64,000 nt of DNA, from the NCBI RefSeq assembly GCF_006345805.1, contig NC_043010.1:26474001-26538000 (forward strand), given 5' to 3'. Numbering within the stretch: position 1 is the stretch's first letter; every line of letters begins with the position of its first letter. Of the stretch, positions 1 to 11,655 are shown piece by piece. The stretch comes from Octopus sinensis (lineage: Eukaryota). A program made the translations under genes and the position numbers. The notes under the pieces were generated by a model. That model saw only the letters and a program-made list of their open reading frames with translations, made no database searches and had not been told where the DNA came from.

Positions 1-941
1 TAAGTGAAATACTTACTCATTCTCATGGAAAAAGCAAGCACTAAGTCCCGGGCAGACCTAAGTACCCCAAATATATCCATAATTTATAATGGTTATTGAC
101 AATTTTTGTCTTTTTTTCGGCATATTTGGCATTAGAATTTTTCTTTTGCCCTTATTTTGTAAATTATTTATAAATTTAACCTTTAAAGGTATTTTTTGAT
201 ATGCTGGCCATTGATAAAATTTTTTTCCCGAAAAATTTTTTATCCTACATTAGTTATATATATATATATATATATATGCTATACACACACACACACATAT
301 AAGTAATTATTTGAACCTTCAGTATATGGTTAGTAATATGCTGATTAAAGCACTTCTACCATTTAGGCTACCTGATGTCCACAGTTATAATATAAGTGTC
401 ACTGGATCTGCGTCAGGAATTTCAGTTTTGCCAGCAACCTACTGGCAACCACAACGAGCCAAACGAAACCAAGTATATTTAGTGAAACATCTTATTTAAA
501 ATGAGAAACCCAACGAGATGCATTCTGCACCAGTGGATGCAACACAGCTTGCTGTACAATATCCCACATGGAAAGGACAGATGCTGGATGGGTCGAGACT
601 TTTGTTGTATTGAATAAAGATTCTTGCTAATTCCAGTTTCTCTTTCCCTCATTCATTATATAGTATATATATATAATCATATCAAAGGGAAATGGAATTT
701 AATTAAAATTAAAAACATTCAATTAAAATTTACATTTCCAGTGGTCTAACGCGTAAAAAAATTTTAGTCAAAAAGACTATTTATAAGTCATACGATATAG
801 TGTATATTTAAACACATAGAGAATCCACTTATAGGGATTCTGCGCATTAAAAAGAACAGCTAAGTTCTATGACCACAAAAAATTCGGGATAAAATTCGAC
901 AGGAATAAATTTGGAAATGAAAAACATTTACCATCTAGTTT

Positions 942-1015
942 CCTGGACCAATTGGTTTCTAATCATCTTTTAGCGGGTCATGGAGAACTCACAAGGTTTG
1001 ATTTTCTTCAGCAGG
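942..1015 (-). ncRNA. Type I hammerhead ribozyme, GUC cleavage site
   Basis: CCUG-CUGAAGA-A-AAUCA...UGAUU-A-GAAA-CCAAUUGG-UC-CAGG on the minus strand. Confidence 0.8.
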
Positions 1016-1163
1016 TCCAACCTAGTGTTAAACATATCCACACGAGACAAACAAGGCTACCTGTCTCGTGTTTATACAAGCTAACTTTTCAAATTTACTG
1101 CGCTGACGCAGTCCTTCGTTGGCTACAATAAAATCCGCCAACTATGTTTAGCACTAGATTGGA

Positions 1164-1237
1164 CCTGCTGAAGAAAATCAAACCTTGTGAGTTCTCCATG
1201 ACTCGTTAAAAGATGATTAGAAACCAATTGGTCCAGG
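1164..1237 (+). ncRNA. Type I hammerhead ribozyme, GUC cleavage site (after C1233)
   Basis: CCTG 1164-67, CTGAAGA 1168-74, stem II AATCA/TGATT, GAAA 1220-23, palindrome ACCAATTGGT, C, CAGG 1234-37. Confidence 0.8.
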
Positions 1238-1957
1238 ATACTAGATGGTAACTACCTTCCACCCTGCATTTTTCCCTGTGTATATAGACATGTATATGGA
1301 ATCCTTTGTGTGCGCAAGTGGATGTGTGCGTGTGTGCATGTATGTGTGTATATAGATGTGTGCATGCATGTGAGTACGTGCATATATAGATGTATTTTAC
1401 TCAGTGTTTTTACACATTTTCCTGTATTTTTTTTAGATGTATGTATAATCCTTTTTGTGTGTGTGTGTGTGTGAGTGTGCGTATATAGACGTGTGCGGGT
1501 ATGTGCGTATATGGGCATGTGTGTGTGTGTGTGTGCATGCAAAAGGGTATGTGTGCATATAAACGTGGTTTACTCTTTGTATACTCCCTTATGCCTTTTT
1601 TCTGTATTGTTACCCTTAACCCTATTTTTTCTTGTACTTGTGCATATGTAGACGTATGTATGAACTTTTACAGTGTGTGTGTGTGTGGGTTTGTATGTAT
1701 ATGCATATACATTTGGCGAATGATGCGAGTGAAGATGTGTATGTTTTTCTAGTGAGGGTGGATGAATGTATGTGTATGCACATGGGTGCGCAAGTGCACA
1801 TGTAGGTATGAACCGGTGCGCTTATGCAAATACTATGAACCTTTTACCCCTTACCTAACTTAGCGGTCATTCAAATAGCTCTTTTGTCTTAATAGCAGTC
1901 AAAAACACAGTAATTTGCCTTTGTATAACAGTCATTTTTCATAGCGTTTTTCCGATG

Positions 1958-2027
1958 GCCAGATAACTGAAGAGATGGTGGCGTGGATTTCCACCTCGGC
2001 ATCCGAAACTCAGAGTTTTATCTTGGC
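1958..2027 (+). ncRNA. Type I hammerhead ribozyme, GUU site
   Basis: AGATAA-CTGAAGA-GATG-GTGG..CCAC..CATC-C-GAAA-CTCAGAG-TT-TTATCT; 6 bp stem I. Confidence 0.8.
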
Positions 2028-2642
2028 TACCGAATAATTGTCACATATTACTTTTACAGATACATATATATATATATATATATTTTAATACATACACATA
2101 TATACATGTGTGTCTCTGTGTAATTGACATATTTCAGTTTCTGTTTAAAAAATTTATCGATGAAACTTGCTTTTTTTTTCTTCTTTCCAGGAAGAGCGCA
2201 CTCTAGACCATTCTAGTAAATGTCTTCTTTTTTTTTAAAGTTAGATTTAAAGCTGCTATTTCTAGTAAGTTGAGCAGTCGCACAAAAGTTTCCTCATTGA
2301 CTCAGTGGAAAGGAAGTTATATTGTGATGTACAAAGGCTATTTCAAGACTAGTTTCTCAAATGCATGTCCACCTCGAAGAAAAACAAACAAAAAGAAAAT
2401 GGCATGGTTATACTAAATGACAAACATTAGGAATAGCATCCAATTGCAAAAAACCAAATCTCAAAGAAATATGCAAATGTCCTAAATTTTGAAAAACATT
2501 ATCAGCTGTAGTGGTATAGAAAAATGGATATATAATAATGAATATATAAACACAATGCCTTGAGTGAAATTTGGTAGTTGGTAACAGTACAGAATCCCTT
2601 TATATATACATATGTATACGTATGAGTGTGTGTGTGTATGTG

Positions 2643-2894
2643 TGAAGGTGCATGACCTATTGCACTAATGATCACAAGATTGAGAGTTTGATTTCCAGAA
2701 AGAGTGGTGTTTTGTGTTCTTGTTCCAGTCCACTCAGCTGTAAATGGAGAACCTGACCACAGAATAGCATTCCACCCAGTGGAAATGTTGACCAGCTCAC
2801 ATAGCCCCAGGGTGCTGTAATTGAAAGCTAAAATGATGCAAAGCGCATTGTGGCCAGCAATGTATAACAACATCTGATAGTCTGGTTGATCACA

Positions 2895-2898
<4 letters not shown>
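2643..2898 (+). mobile_element. Diverged tRNA-type SINE
   Basis: Degenerate tRNA-like head; 3' tail (gctaaaatgatgcaaagcgcattgtg...catctgatagtctgg) shared with the SINE at 4451-4761; ends in (TA)n. Confidence 0.65.
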
Positions 2899-2934
<36 letters not shown>

Positions 2935-3024
2935 CAATCAAACTGTGGAAGGAAATCTATGCAGAAGTAGACATTGAGGTCTAATACAGTGCTTGGAGGT
3001 TGTCAGATCCTGTGGAATTGTCCT

Positions 3025-3076
<52 letters not shown>

Positions 3077-3078
<2 letters not shown>

Positions 3079-3217
3079 TATGGCTGTGTGGTAAGTTGCT
3101 TGCTTCCCAACCACATGGTTCTGGGTTCAGTCCCACTGTGTGGCACATTGAGCAAGTATCTTCTATAGCCTCGGGCTGACCAAAGATTTGGTAGATGGAA
3201 ACTGAAAGCAGCCTGTC
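3077..3217 (+). mobile_element. SINE family A, 5' part
   Basis: tggctgtgtggtaag...ggttcagtccc head matches the full copy at 16330-16723. Confidence 0.75.
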
Positions 3218-3299
3218 ATATATATTTTCAATATGTGACCGCATGTATATCGTTGGCAATCTTCTTTCTCTATCTTCCCTTCTTTGAACTTTTTCTATG

Positions 3300-3332
3300 T
3301 TTCTGATGAAGAGCTCCGCTCGAAACGTGAAA
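3300..3332 (+). ncRNA. Minimal hammerhead, probably inactivated (position 17 = G)
   Basis: TTT-CTGATGA-A-GAGC-TCC-GCTC-GAAA-CG-T-G-AAA; palindromic ACGT stem III. Confidence 0.55.
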
Positions 3333-3455
3333 TCCTTTTTCTTTTCTTTCCTTTCCTGAGTGTCCAATAACATTACTTATTCCACATCCTAATGTTGTTG
3401 TTTTTCTTGCTTGTTCATGTTTGGATTGACTATATATATAATTTATCAGAATGAG

Positions 3456-3632
3456 ATAAAAATCCAAGGCTGTGAAAGATTTTAGAATATCTATAAATAG
3501 GTCTTACAGCTGTTTCTGGGATATTTTATATATCCCTTCATCGGAGACAGGGATATATAAGACATCCTGGAAACAGCTGTAAGACCTTCTATTTAGAAAT
3601 GTTCTAAAATCTTTCACATCCTTTGATTTTTT
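3456..3632. repeat. Fold-back of a Penelope-type terminal sequence
   Basis: Arms tgtgaaagattttagaa...ggtcttacagctgtttc and gaaacagctgtaagacc...ttctaaaatctttcaca. Confidence 0.75.
3501..3548 (-). ncRNA. Hammerhead with U4C core change
   Basis: GUCU-CCGAUGA-A-GGGAUA..UAUCCC-A-GAAA-CAGCUG-UA-AGAC. Confidence 0.65.
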
Positions 3633-4068
3633 ATACATATACACCTACTGATATATAACCTACGTTGGACTCCTCATTTGCATAATCATAGAATCTGGAG
3701 CTTAACTATAATCTGTCCATAGCACTTACTCAGCATTACCTGACACCTTTGGGTTTTACTGACACCATTACCTCTCATAACCTCTATATATATGTATATG
3801 TTTGTCTGTCTGTGTTTGTACCCCCCACCATCGCTTGACAACTGATGTTGGTGTGTTTATGTCCCTGTAACTTAGCAGTTCAGCAAAGGAGACCAACAGA
3901 ATAAGTACTAGGCTTACAAAGAATAAGTCCTGGGGTCAATCTGTTCGACTAAAAGCAGTACTCCAGCATGGCCACAGTCAACTGACTGAAACATGTAAAA
4001 GAATAAAAGAATATAAACTGAAGAAATGAGATGACAAAGAAGTAAGCGAATATCTTGTGAACTTCATT

Positions 4069-4132
4069 AGCTCACAGATGTTTCTGCTAAAGTGGACTCA
4101 TAGTTGAGTGCCTCAGTAACTTCATCAGAGCC
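4069..4132 (-). ncRNA. Decayed hammerhead
   Basis: GGCU-CUGAUGA-A-GUUA...UAGC-A-GAAA-CAUCUG-U-G-AGCU; inverted partial copy (gactctgatgaagt) near 4168-4181. Confidence 0.5.
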
Positions 4133-4450
4133 TCGAATATAAAGTGCAAATTACACTTAATATTCAAGACTCTGATGAAGTTCATAACATAATTGTTTAT
4201 TCTTTTGTCTTCTCATTTTCATAATACCACTCTGCACACAACTAATGCTTTATTCTGAAGCGTTTGATATATATTAAGTTCTACACCAGGTTATTCGTCT
4301 TACATTGCTTATGTGAAATATATACATACATAAATAGATTTTGTCTTTGTATAGAGTCTGACTAGAGTCTAATCCACAAGGCTTTGGCTTCGTGGATAAG
4401 AAACCTTTGGTCACTCTATGTCCAAAATTAAAATTTTTGTTGTAATATAT

Positions 4451-4761
4451 ATCACCGTGATCACCGTGACCGACCAGACTATCAGATGTTGCTACACATC
4501 GCTGGTCACAATGCGCTTTGCATTGTTTTAGCCTTCAAATGATGCCACCCTGCTGGCTAAGCGAGCAGGCCAACAGAAGAAAGAGTGAGAGAAAGTTGTG
4601 GCGAAAGAGTACAGCATGGACTGCCACCAACCCCTGCCGGAGCCTCGTGGAGTTTTAGGTGTTTTCGCTCAATAAACACACACAACGCCCGGTCTGGGAA
4701 TTGAAACCGCAATCCTACGACCGCGAGTCCGCTGCCCTAACCACTGGGCCATTGCGCCTCC
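4451..4761 (-). mobile_element. Full-length tRNA-derived SINE
   Basis: GGAGGCGCAATGGCCCAGTGGTTAGGGCAGCGGACTCGCGGTCG head with A- and B-box-like motifs; related head at 42011-42299. Confidence 0.85.
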
Positions 4762-4827
4762 ACGTATATTCACACACACACTATTTCTTTATTAATATTC
4801 ACACACACACACATATATATTTATATA

Positions 4828-7815
4828 GAGACAAGTTTCTATACCTGAAAGACCTAGCTGCAGGCAATCAAGCAATATGCATGGTGCTTACCGAAATGCG
4901 TCTAACATCTAGTATAGCAGATGTGGAGATAAACATACCAGCCAGAGTATGCCATACTCCAAACAGACAGAAAAGATAGAAGTCATGGGGGAGTTGCAAT
5001 GTACAGCCGAGAAGATGTCACATCCCTGCTACTCTTATCATGCTCAAACTCTTTCTGTGACACTTTAATAGTATACATAAAACAAATTGATGTAGTTGTA
5101 TGCTCAACGTAACCGTCCACCAAATACTGCAAAGCAGGAGGGTTAAATCTGAGGTTAGCCTCAGACGCAAACCTTGACAAACCTGGACCAACACATCAAT
5201 ATACTTTTCCTAGGTGACTTTAACCTCCCAAGTGTTAAATGGCCTGAAGGTCACATCCTCTCTGGAACGTCACTGCATGAACAAAGCCAGGCATGCTGTT
5301 CATGGAAAAAGTGACACTCCAACCAACCAGGGGAAGCAATATTTTAGATCTCTGCTTCACAAACAATCCATAATGTGAAAGTAACACCTACATCTCTTTC
5401 AGATCATAACATTATAGAATTAACAATGTATGGTCCTAGACAACCCGCTGGCACCCACCCCATCAGGAGGACTCAAGCCATATCCAACCTGAATTTCCAC
5501 AGGGTAGACTGGAAGTCAATTCGCAAAGAGATTCAAAATCAAAACTGGCATGACAGCCTTTCTATACAAGACAATGACCTCAAACTAAGTCATTTTATGT
5601 CAACCTTACAAGACATATGCACCAAATATGTGCCAGAAAGAAAGGCCAGCAAACATGCCAATAGAATTCCCAGAGACAGGAAAATCCTTATGAGACACAG
5701 AACAGAGGTCTGAAAGCAGTTGAATAGACAACTGGGGGATAGGAAAAGAGCTAAATTAAAACTAACACTGTTAGAAATAGAAAACAAATTTAAACTCTCC
5801 CATGAAAAGGAGAGAGCGGAGAAGGAGAAGAGAGCAATAGAAAGCATAAAAACAAACCCCAAGGCTTTCTATAGATTTGCAAAGGAGACTGCCACGGCAC
5901 AGTACAAAATAGAACCCCTATTCCTGCCTAATGGTTCACTGACTGTGGACCCCAAATGGATAAGTGAAGTGCTCAGTGCGCAATTCAAGAGTGCTTTCAC
6001 TTCTCCTCTGAGTCACTGGCAGATAAAGAACCCCAGCTGATTTCTTTGACAATATCACTCAGCAGAAAAAGACTGCATCCATTACCTACATTGACATTGA
6101 AGAGGAAGATGTAATAGTGGCCATAAATGAAATGAGCTCAAATTCAGCAACTGGCCCCGATGGTTTCCCAGCTGTCCTCCTAAAGTCATGTAAACAAGAA
6201 TTAGCGGGACCACTCTGAATACTCTTCCAGAGTTTCCTTGCAAGTGGTAAACTTCCCAAAAAGCTGAAGGAAGGCATCATATGTTCTATCCATAAAGGTG
6301 GAAGCAGAGCAGAGGCTGGGAACTACAGGCCCATCTCTCTGACTTCACATATTAGCAAATTCATGGAACGAATTGTCAGAAGGAGGCTGATTGCATTCCT
6401 AGAAAAAAATAACTTGCTGAATTAGATCCAGCATAGTTTCTGTCCTGGTAGAAGCTGCCTCATGCAGCTCTTGCAGTATTATAACTGGGTCCTGGAACAG
6501 CTACTTGACCATTCAAATGTGTAGTGGTGCATCATATCTCAACTTTGCAATGGCCTTTGACAAAGTTGATCATGGCATGATATGTCACAAGCTGCAAAAC
6601 CTTGGCACAGCTGCTAAATGAGGGGAGTGGCTGTATGACTTCCTTAATGGTAGAAGTCAGACAGTTGCAGCTAATGGAGAATTATCTAGGGAAATGCAAA
6701 TATTGAGTGGTGTTCCACAAGGAACTGTCCTGGGGGCCACTACTGTTCATAGTAGCTCTTCTGGACATGCCCATGGTCACTCAGACAGCCAATGTCACTA
6801 GCTAAGCTGATGACACAAAACTATCTTGGGCAATAAAGAATCCTGATGATGTCATAAGCCTGCAGAATGACTTGAATGCAATATACAAGTGGGCAGAGCA
6901 AAATAATATACAGTTCAATGGTAAAAAATTTCAAGTAGTGCGCTACAAGGTCACAAGTGCCCCCCAACTAGCATACACGGGACCTGAAAGTACTGCGACC
7001 CCAGAACCACAAACAGTGAGAGACCTGGGTATCAGCATGTGTAGTGATGCATCATTTCACATGCACATTGTCAAGTTGACAGCAAAGTGCAGACAACTGG
7101 CAGGATGGATACTGAGGACATTTAGAACAAGGGATCAAAAAGTCATGTTTGACTCTATGGAAGACATTTGTTTTGAGCCGCCTAGACTATTGCTTTCAGT
7201 TGTGGTTACCACACAGCATCAAGCTAACAACAGAACTCGAGGCAATTCAGCGCCACTATACAAAGAAGATCGCTACAGTCCAGCAGATGAACTACAGGGA
7301 GCGACTGAAGGTACTACGTCTCTACTCTCTGGAGAGCAGGCGGGAGAGATATGTAATAATTTACATATGGAAAATGCTGGAAGGACTGGTACCAAACTTT
7401 GGCATCAAGTACTACACGAATGCCTGTACAGGTCGCCACTGCATAGTACCAAGGGTACTGTCCACTGCATCTCACATAAGAACAAGGTACTGCAACAGCC
7501 TCGGTTTCAGAGGACTTCAGCTCTTTAATGCCCTGCCAAAACAATTAAGAGACCTGCAAGACATGGATATAGAGGTCTCCAAAACAAAACAATCCACAAT
7601 ACCAGACGAACCGATGGCTAGAAAAGAGACACAGTTAAAGGCAGCGATGTCAAATTCTCTTATACACCAGATGTGTCATCGAAAGTCTTGATTGGACTAC
7701 ATCAGGTGGCTGAGAAGAGCCCTGCAAGGAATGTGCAGAGAGCACAGCATAAGGAGAGAAAGTCATGGTGGTGCTCCAGCACGACTGCAGCCACTTGGCT
7801 GAAACGCATATATAA
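4828..7815 (+). mobile_element. Decayed CR1/L2-group LINE, near full ORF2 (APE endonuclease + RT) and 3' UTR
   Basis: APE motifs LTE, GGVAMY, LGDFNLP, SDHNII; RT motifs NYRPISLTSHISK, AFDKVDHG, VPQGTVLG, degraded YADD; C-terminal RRERYVIIYIWKMLEGLVPN; many stops and frameshifts. Confidence 0.9.
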
Positions 7816-7869
7816 ATAAATATATCTGTGTGTATATATATATCTGCTCATATGTGTACATATATATAC

Positions 7870-7901
<32 letters not shown>

Positions 7902-8547
7902 TTATATGCATACATGGATAAATATATTAATACATATGCATATATAGAAATATATATATATTTCTATATGTGTATATATATATTAGTATATATATATATA
8001 TATGTATGTATATGTATATATGTAAACATATATATACATGTATGTATACATACACACCTGCATATATATAAGTTGATAGAAAGATATTTACAAATATGTA
8101 TGTCTGTATATGTTCATATCTATATATATTTGCATGAATATAATTATATGTACGTGTGTTTGTGTGTGTCTGGCTGTCAAAGTTGGTGATTAACATCATT
8201 TGTTATAAATTGTCTGCAAGTCATCCACCCTCAGTTAATAATATCCACGGGTTGAAAGGGTGGGGTCGAGGTGGAGGTGAGAGCAGCGAGTGTCTGGCGA
8301 ATGCTGGGGGGTGGCTGGGTGCTTAGTATCAAAGTGACACTGAAGAGAAGAAGTAAAAAAGTAAAAGAAAAACAGTATTCAGACACATACAGAAGCATAG
8401 CCAGACACATATACAGCTACGCATGTTATCTGATGCACACACAAACACACATTTACACTCACACACATGCATGCATTCTACGTAAAATATATGCGCGAAA
8501 ATAAAAACAAATTACAGAAACAATTCACGTCTGTATACGTACTCAAG

Positions 8548-8580
<33 letters not shown>

Positions 8581-8791
8581 CATACTCACACACACACAGA
8601 CAAATACACATAAACATACTTAAAAATAGAGTTTATTTTACAGCTTTTTTCCACGCTGACGTGTGTGTGTGTGTGTGTGTGCGTGCATGCATGCATGTGT
8701 TTGTGTGTGTATGTCTGTGTGCGTGTGTATGTATATGTGTTTGCGTGTTTGTTTTTGTGTGTGTGTGTGTGTTTCTGTATATAAATGCATT

Positions 8792-8831
<40 letters not shown>

Positions 8832-9387
8832 GATATGTAGAAAAATACAAACTGAGACAAGAACGCATAAAAACTAAGAAGACGATACAACAAACACAAA
8901 CAGGACATTCGAAGCCCTCAGTCTTCAGTCAAGAACCGGATCATCGTAGTAATTTCGGCTGATTAATCTTATATACCAACGCATTTAATACAGAAACACA
9001 CACACACATATATATTGTGTATGTATATGTGTCTATATATGTATATATTTATTTATATAATATATGTGTATATGTATATTTATAATTTCTACACACAATA
9101 TGCATACATACAAACAAAGCTCTCTAATTCCATAAAATGTTGCAAATGCACAGACAAACCCGCACGTAGATATGCAGAGGTTTGTGTGCAGGGAGCCGGG
9201 TCGAGGCGGAAGGAATCATGAGTATGTCTTTGACCTCTGGAAAGGTCAATGAAATAGGGTTGCAGGCACTGAACTAGTTGCAGTTTATGTTACCAAAGAT
9301 ATGAATTCTGGTGGTCCTTCAGACTGTAGTCTTGGCAACACTTTGTAAACAAAACAGCTCAGAGTGTCAGAGCTATCGTTCTCTGAC

Positions 9388-9388
<1 letters not shown>

Positions 9389-9418
<30 letters not shown>

Positions 9419-9544
9419 CGTACATACGTACATACGTACATACGTACGTACGTACGTACGTACATACATACATACGTACGTACGTACATACATACATACA
9501 TACATACATACGTACGTACATACATAAATACATACGTACGTACA

Positions 9545-9578
<34 letters not shown>

Positions 9579-9640
9579 CATACGTACGTACATACATACA
9601 TACATACATTCATACATAATACATACATATATATATATAT
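9389..9640. repeat. (TACA)n/(TACG)n compound microsatellite
   Basis: Direct inspection; source of the HTYI/MYVC pseudo-ORFs. Confidence 0.95.
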
Positions 9641-9814
9641 ATATATACTTTATTTGTGGGGTAACCAGGCAACAATTGGTATCATGATGAAAGAGATATC
9701 TCTTAATTATTGAAATCTATAACATGGGGCATTGCTGTTTGTCTCCACCTTGCAATGATGAGCACTCATTCTCACATTTCAATATTACCATACATACATA
9801 CATACATACATACA

Positions 9815-9844
<30 letters not shown>

Positions 9845-9847
<3 letters not shown>

Positions 9848-9929
9848 GCTGTTGAAGGAGCCTTGGATCTAGGTTAGAAACCGACTTTTTCTCTATTGGC
9901 AAGAAATCTTGAAATAAAACTGAATAATG
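9845..9929 (+). mobile_element. Short 3'-end copy of the (ACAT)n-embedded R4-like family
   Basis: ggagccttggatctaggttagaaaccg...tggcaaga matches 60636-60736 and the 3' UTR at 10666-10710; (ACAT)n on both sides. Confidence 0.65.
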
Positions 9930-10104
9930 ACATCCATACATACATATGTACATTCATACAAATACACACACACACATACACACACATGCACACATACATA
10001 CATACTTAATACATACATACATACATACATACATACGCACATACATACATACATACATACATACATACATACATACATACATACGTACATACTTAATACA
10101 TACA

Positions 10105-10734
10105 TACATATGTCATCAAAATACTACCTCCCTATGCAGCACGATGTTGTTGCTAAAACAATTTACAATGCCATCTGCAAAAATAACTGTTCTAAAATAA
10201 ACTTAGAAAATCCCTTTGTTGTGGAATATATTGATAAACACCAAGTCAGGGGATACTGGTTGAATATTCCCATCAAATCTTCTACCAAATGTAAGCATAA
10301 CAGGCCAGGTATTGTTGTTTGGGATAGAGGGGCAAAGGTATGTACAATCATAGAGGTTAGCTGCCCTGCAGATATAAATATCTCTTTAAAAATCAAACAA
10401 AAAGAGGATATCTATGGACAACTGCTTCAAAACCTTCAGCTTCTATATCCAGACTATGAATTCACATGCATACCAATAATATTTGGAGCATGAGGTTTGA
10501 TTAGTAAATGCTTTAAGGGGAATCTGGATAAACTGGGACTTTCAGAAAGAGAAATCAACCAGCTAATTTGTATAAGTGCAATCTGTGAGTGGAAAAGTAA
10601 AAACATGCAAGACTTTTCTCAAGTTCCAAATGTGAATTTGTCTGTGCTAACTACATCCCAAAGATGGAAACTTGTATCTTTGTTGGAAACCGGCTCCCTC
10701 CTAGTGGAAGATTCATAATTAAAAAATAGAAGAG
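10105..10734 (+). mobile_element. 5'-truncated R2-superfamily (R4/NeSL-like) retrotransposon, REL endonuclease region
   Basis: QHDVVAKTIY...HNRPGIVVWD...IIEVSCPADINI...KEDIYGQL...IPIIFGA; flanked by ACAT repeats. Confidence 0.8.
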
Positions 10735-10747
10735 ACATACATATATA

Positions 10748-10922
10748 AGTTAGATATAGAGGATTTGTTGGACACTATGTGAAGAAAGTGTTGTTATCGC
10801 TAGGCCTACCTCATCATAAAGCAAATAATACCATGAGTGATATCCAGATTACAGTGGAAAAGGCAAGCCTCTGGATTTGGTTAAAAGGGATTATGAGCAA
10901 TGGCTTGAAGGATATTGAATGA
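10748..10922 (+). mobile_element. HERO-like (R2 superfamily) C-terminal fragment
   Basis: VRYRGFVGHYVKKVLLSLGL...VEKASLWIWLK resembles the EVGCRGF...EKASxWIWxKR terminus. Confidence 0.6.
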
Positions 10923-11103
10923 AACTTGATAATCAGTTCATCTAACAAGTGGGGTCTCATTTCAATGAGGGGTGCTGGTTCACAAAAATGTTGCCAAGAG
11001 GTAGACTCTGAAATGGTGTGTGTTCTCTCCTGATGACACCATAAACTTGGTAGTGTCCAATATGCGGAGCTTTTAACTAGTAGCACTTGCAAAAAATCTA
11101 ATA

Positions 11104-11650
11104 AATAATATAACATATCCTAAACATTAAAAATATTTGATAGCCATCATTAATAATTAAAAAAAAAAAAGACTAATACCCTAACACAAATCATGAGCAG
11201 CCCAACCCAAAGCATGAACATAAACAAACATGAACCCTTCACCACAAGCACTACACTAATACACACCACAATTAAAACAAACAAAGAGCCTTACAAAAAC
11301 AATAATCTATTTTAGACCAAGCCCTAACTTTGGACAGTGACTGGTGTGAAGTTAAGGTCAGCAGGACATACCTATAAACCACAACAACCCCACCTCTCAC
11401 AGAACACTAAGCAACAAAAATCTACTTCAATCAGTTCACTTTGAAGATGACCGAATGGATGGACTCTGATGAAGCTGCACCGACAATAATGCAAGATTGC
11501 ATTTGCAACAGTGAGTATTCGCTGCAGTGGAAATGTGTTGGTCATTATAATATCCTGCATATATAACTATAAAAATTAATTTTGTGGATGTACAAGTCTC
11601 CATACTCTTTGTTATTAATAGCTATATATGTGTGTGTGTGTATGCATATA
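11104..11650 (+). mobile_element. Solo 3' end / pseudo-LTR of the Penelope-like element at 18610-19692
   Basis: Near-identical to 19132-19692; contains a hammerhead motif at 11462-11543. Confidence 0.8.
11462..11543 (+). ncRNA. Hammerhead motif with long stem II loop (second copy 19499-19580)
   Basis: GACT-CTGATGA-A-GCTGCA..TGCAGT-G-GAAA-TGTG-TT-GGTC; stem III reads as CpG-decayed ACGCGT. Confidence 0.55.
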
Positions 11651-11655
11651 TATAT

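Larger units (their letters stand above)
664..1252 (-). mobile_element. Non-coding Penelope-type terminal-repeat element (664-1104, minus) plus inverted partial copy (1150-1252, plus); each part carries a hammerhead
   Basis: 930-1030 and 1150-1251 are inverted copies; 664-1104 is the reverse complement of 47400-47830; intact CUGAAGA/GAAA hammerhead cores. Confidence 0.7.

Noticed and set aside
2175-2300. Strong-looking splice acceptor TTTTCTTCTTTCCAG
   Set aside because: Followed by T-runs and a gctgctatttctag motif that recurs elsewhere in the window (e.g. reversed near 25860); looks repeat-derived, with no sustained ORF.
4690-4761. tRNA-like sequences (also 26873-26935 and 42230-42299)
   Set aside because: They continue into repeat bodies and lack a complete acceptor stem; they are SINE heads, not tRNA genes.
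8903-8970. CUGAAGA...GAA motif on the minus strand
   Set aside because: Stems I and III cannot be formed and A15.1 is missing; at most a remnant of a Penelope-type end.
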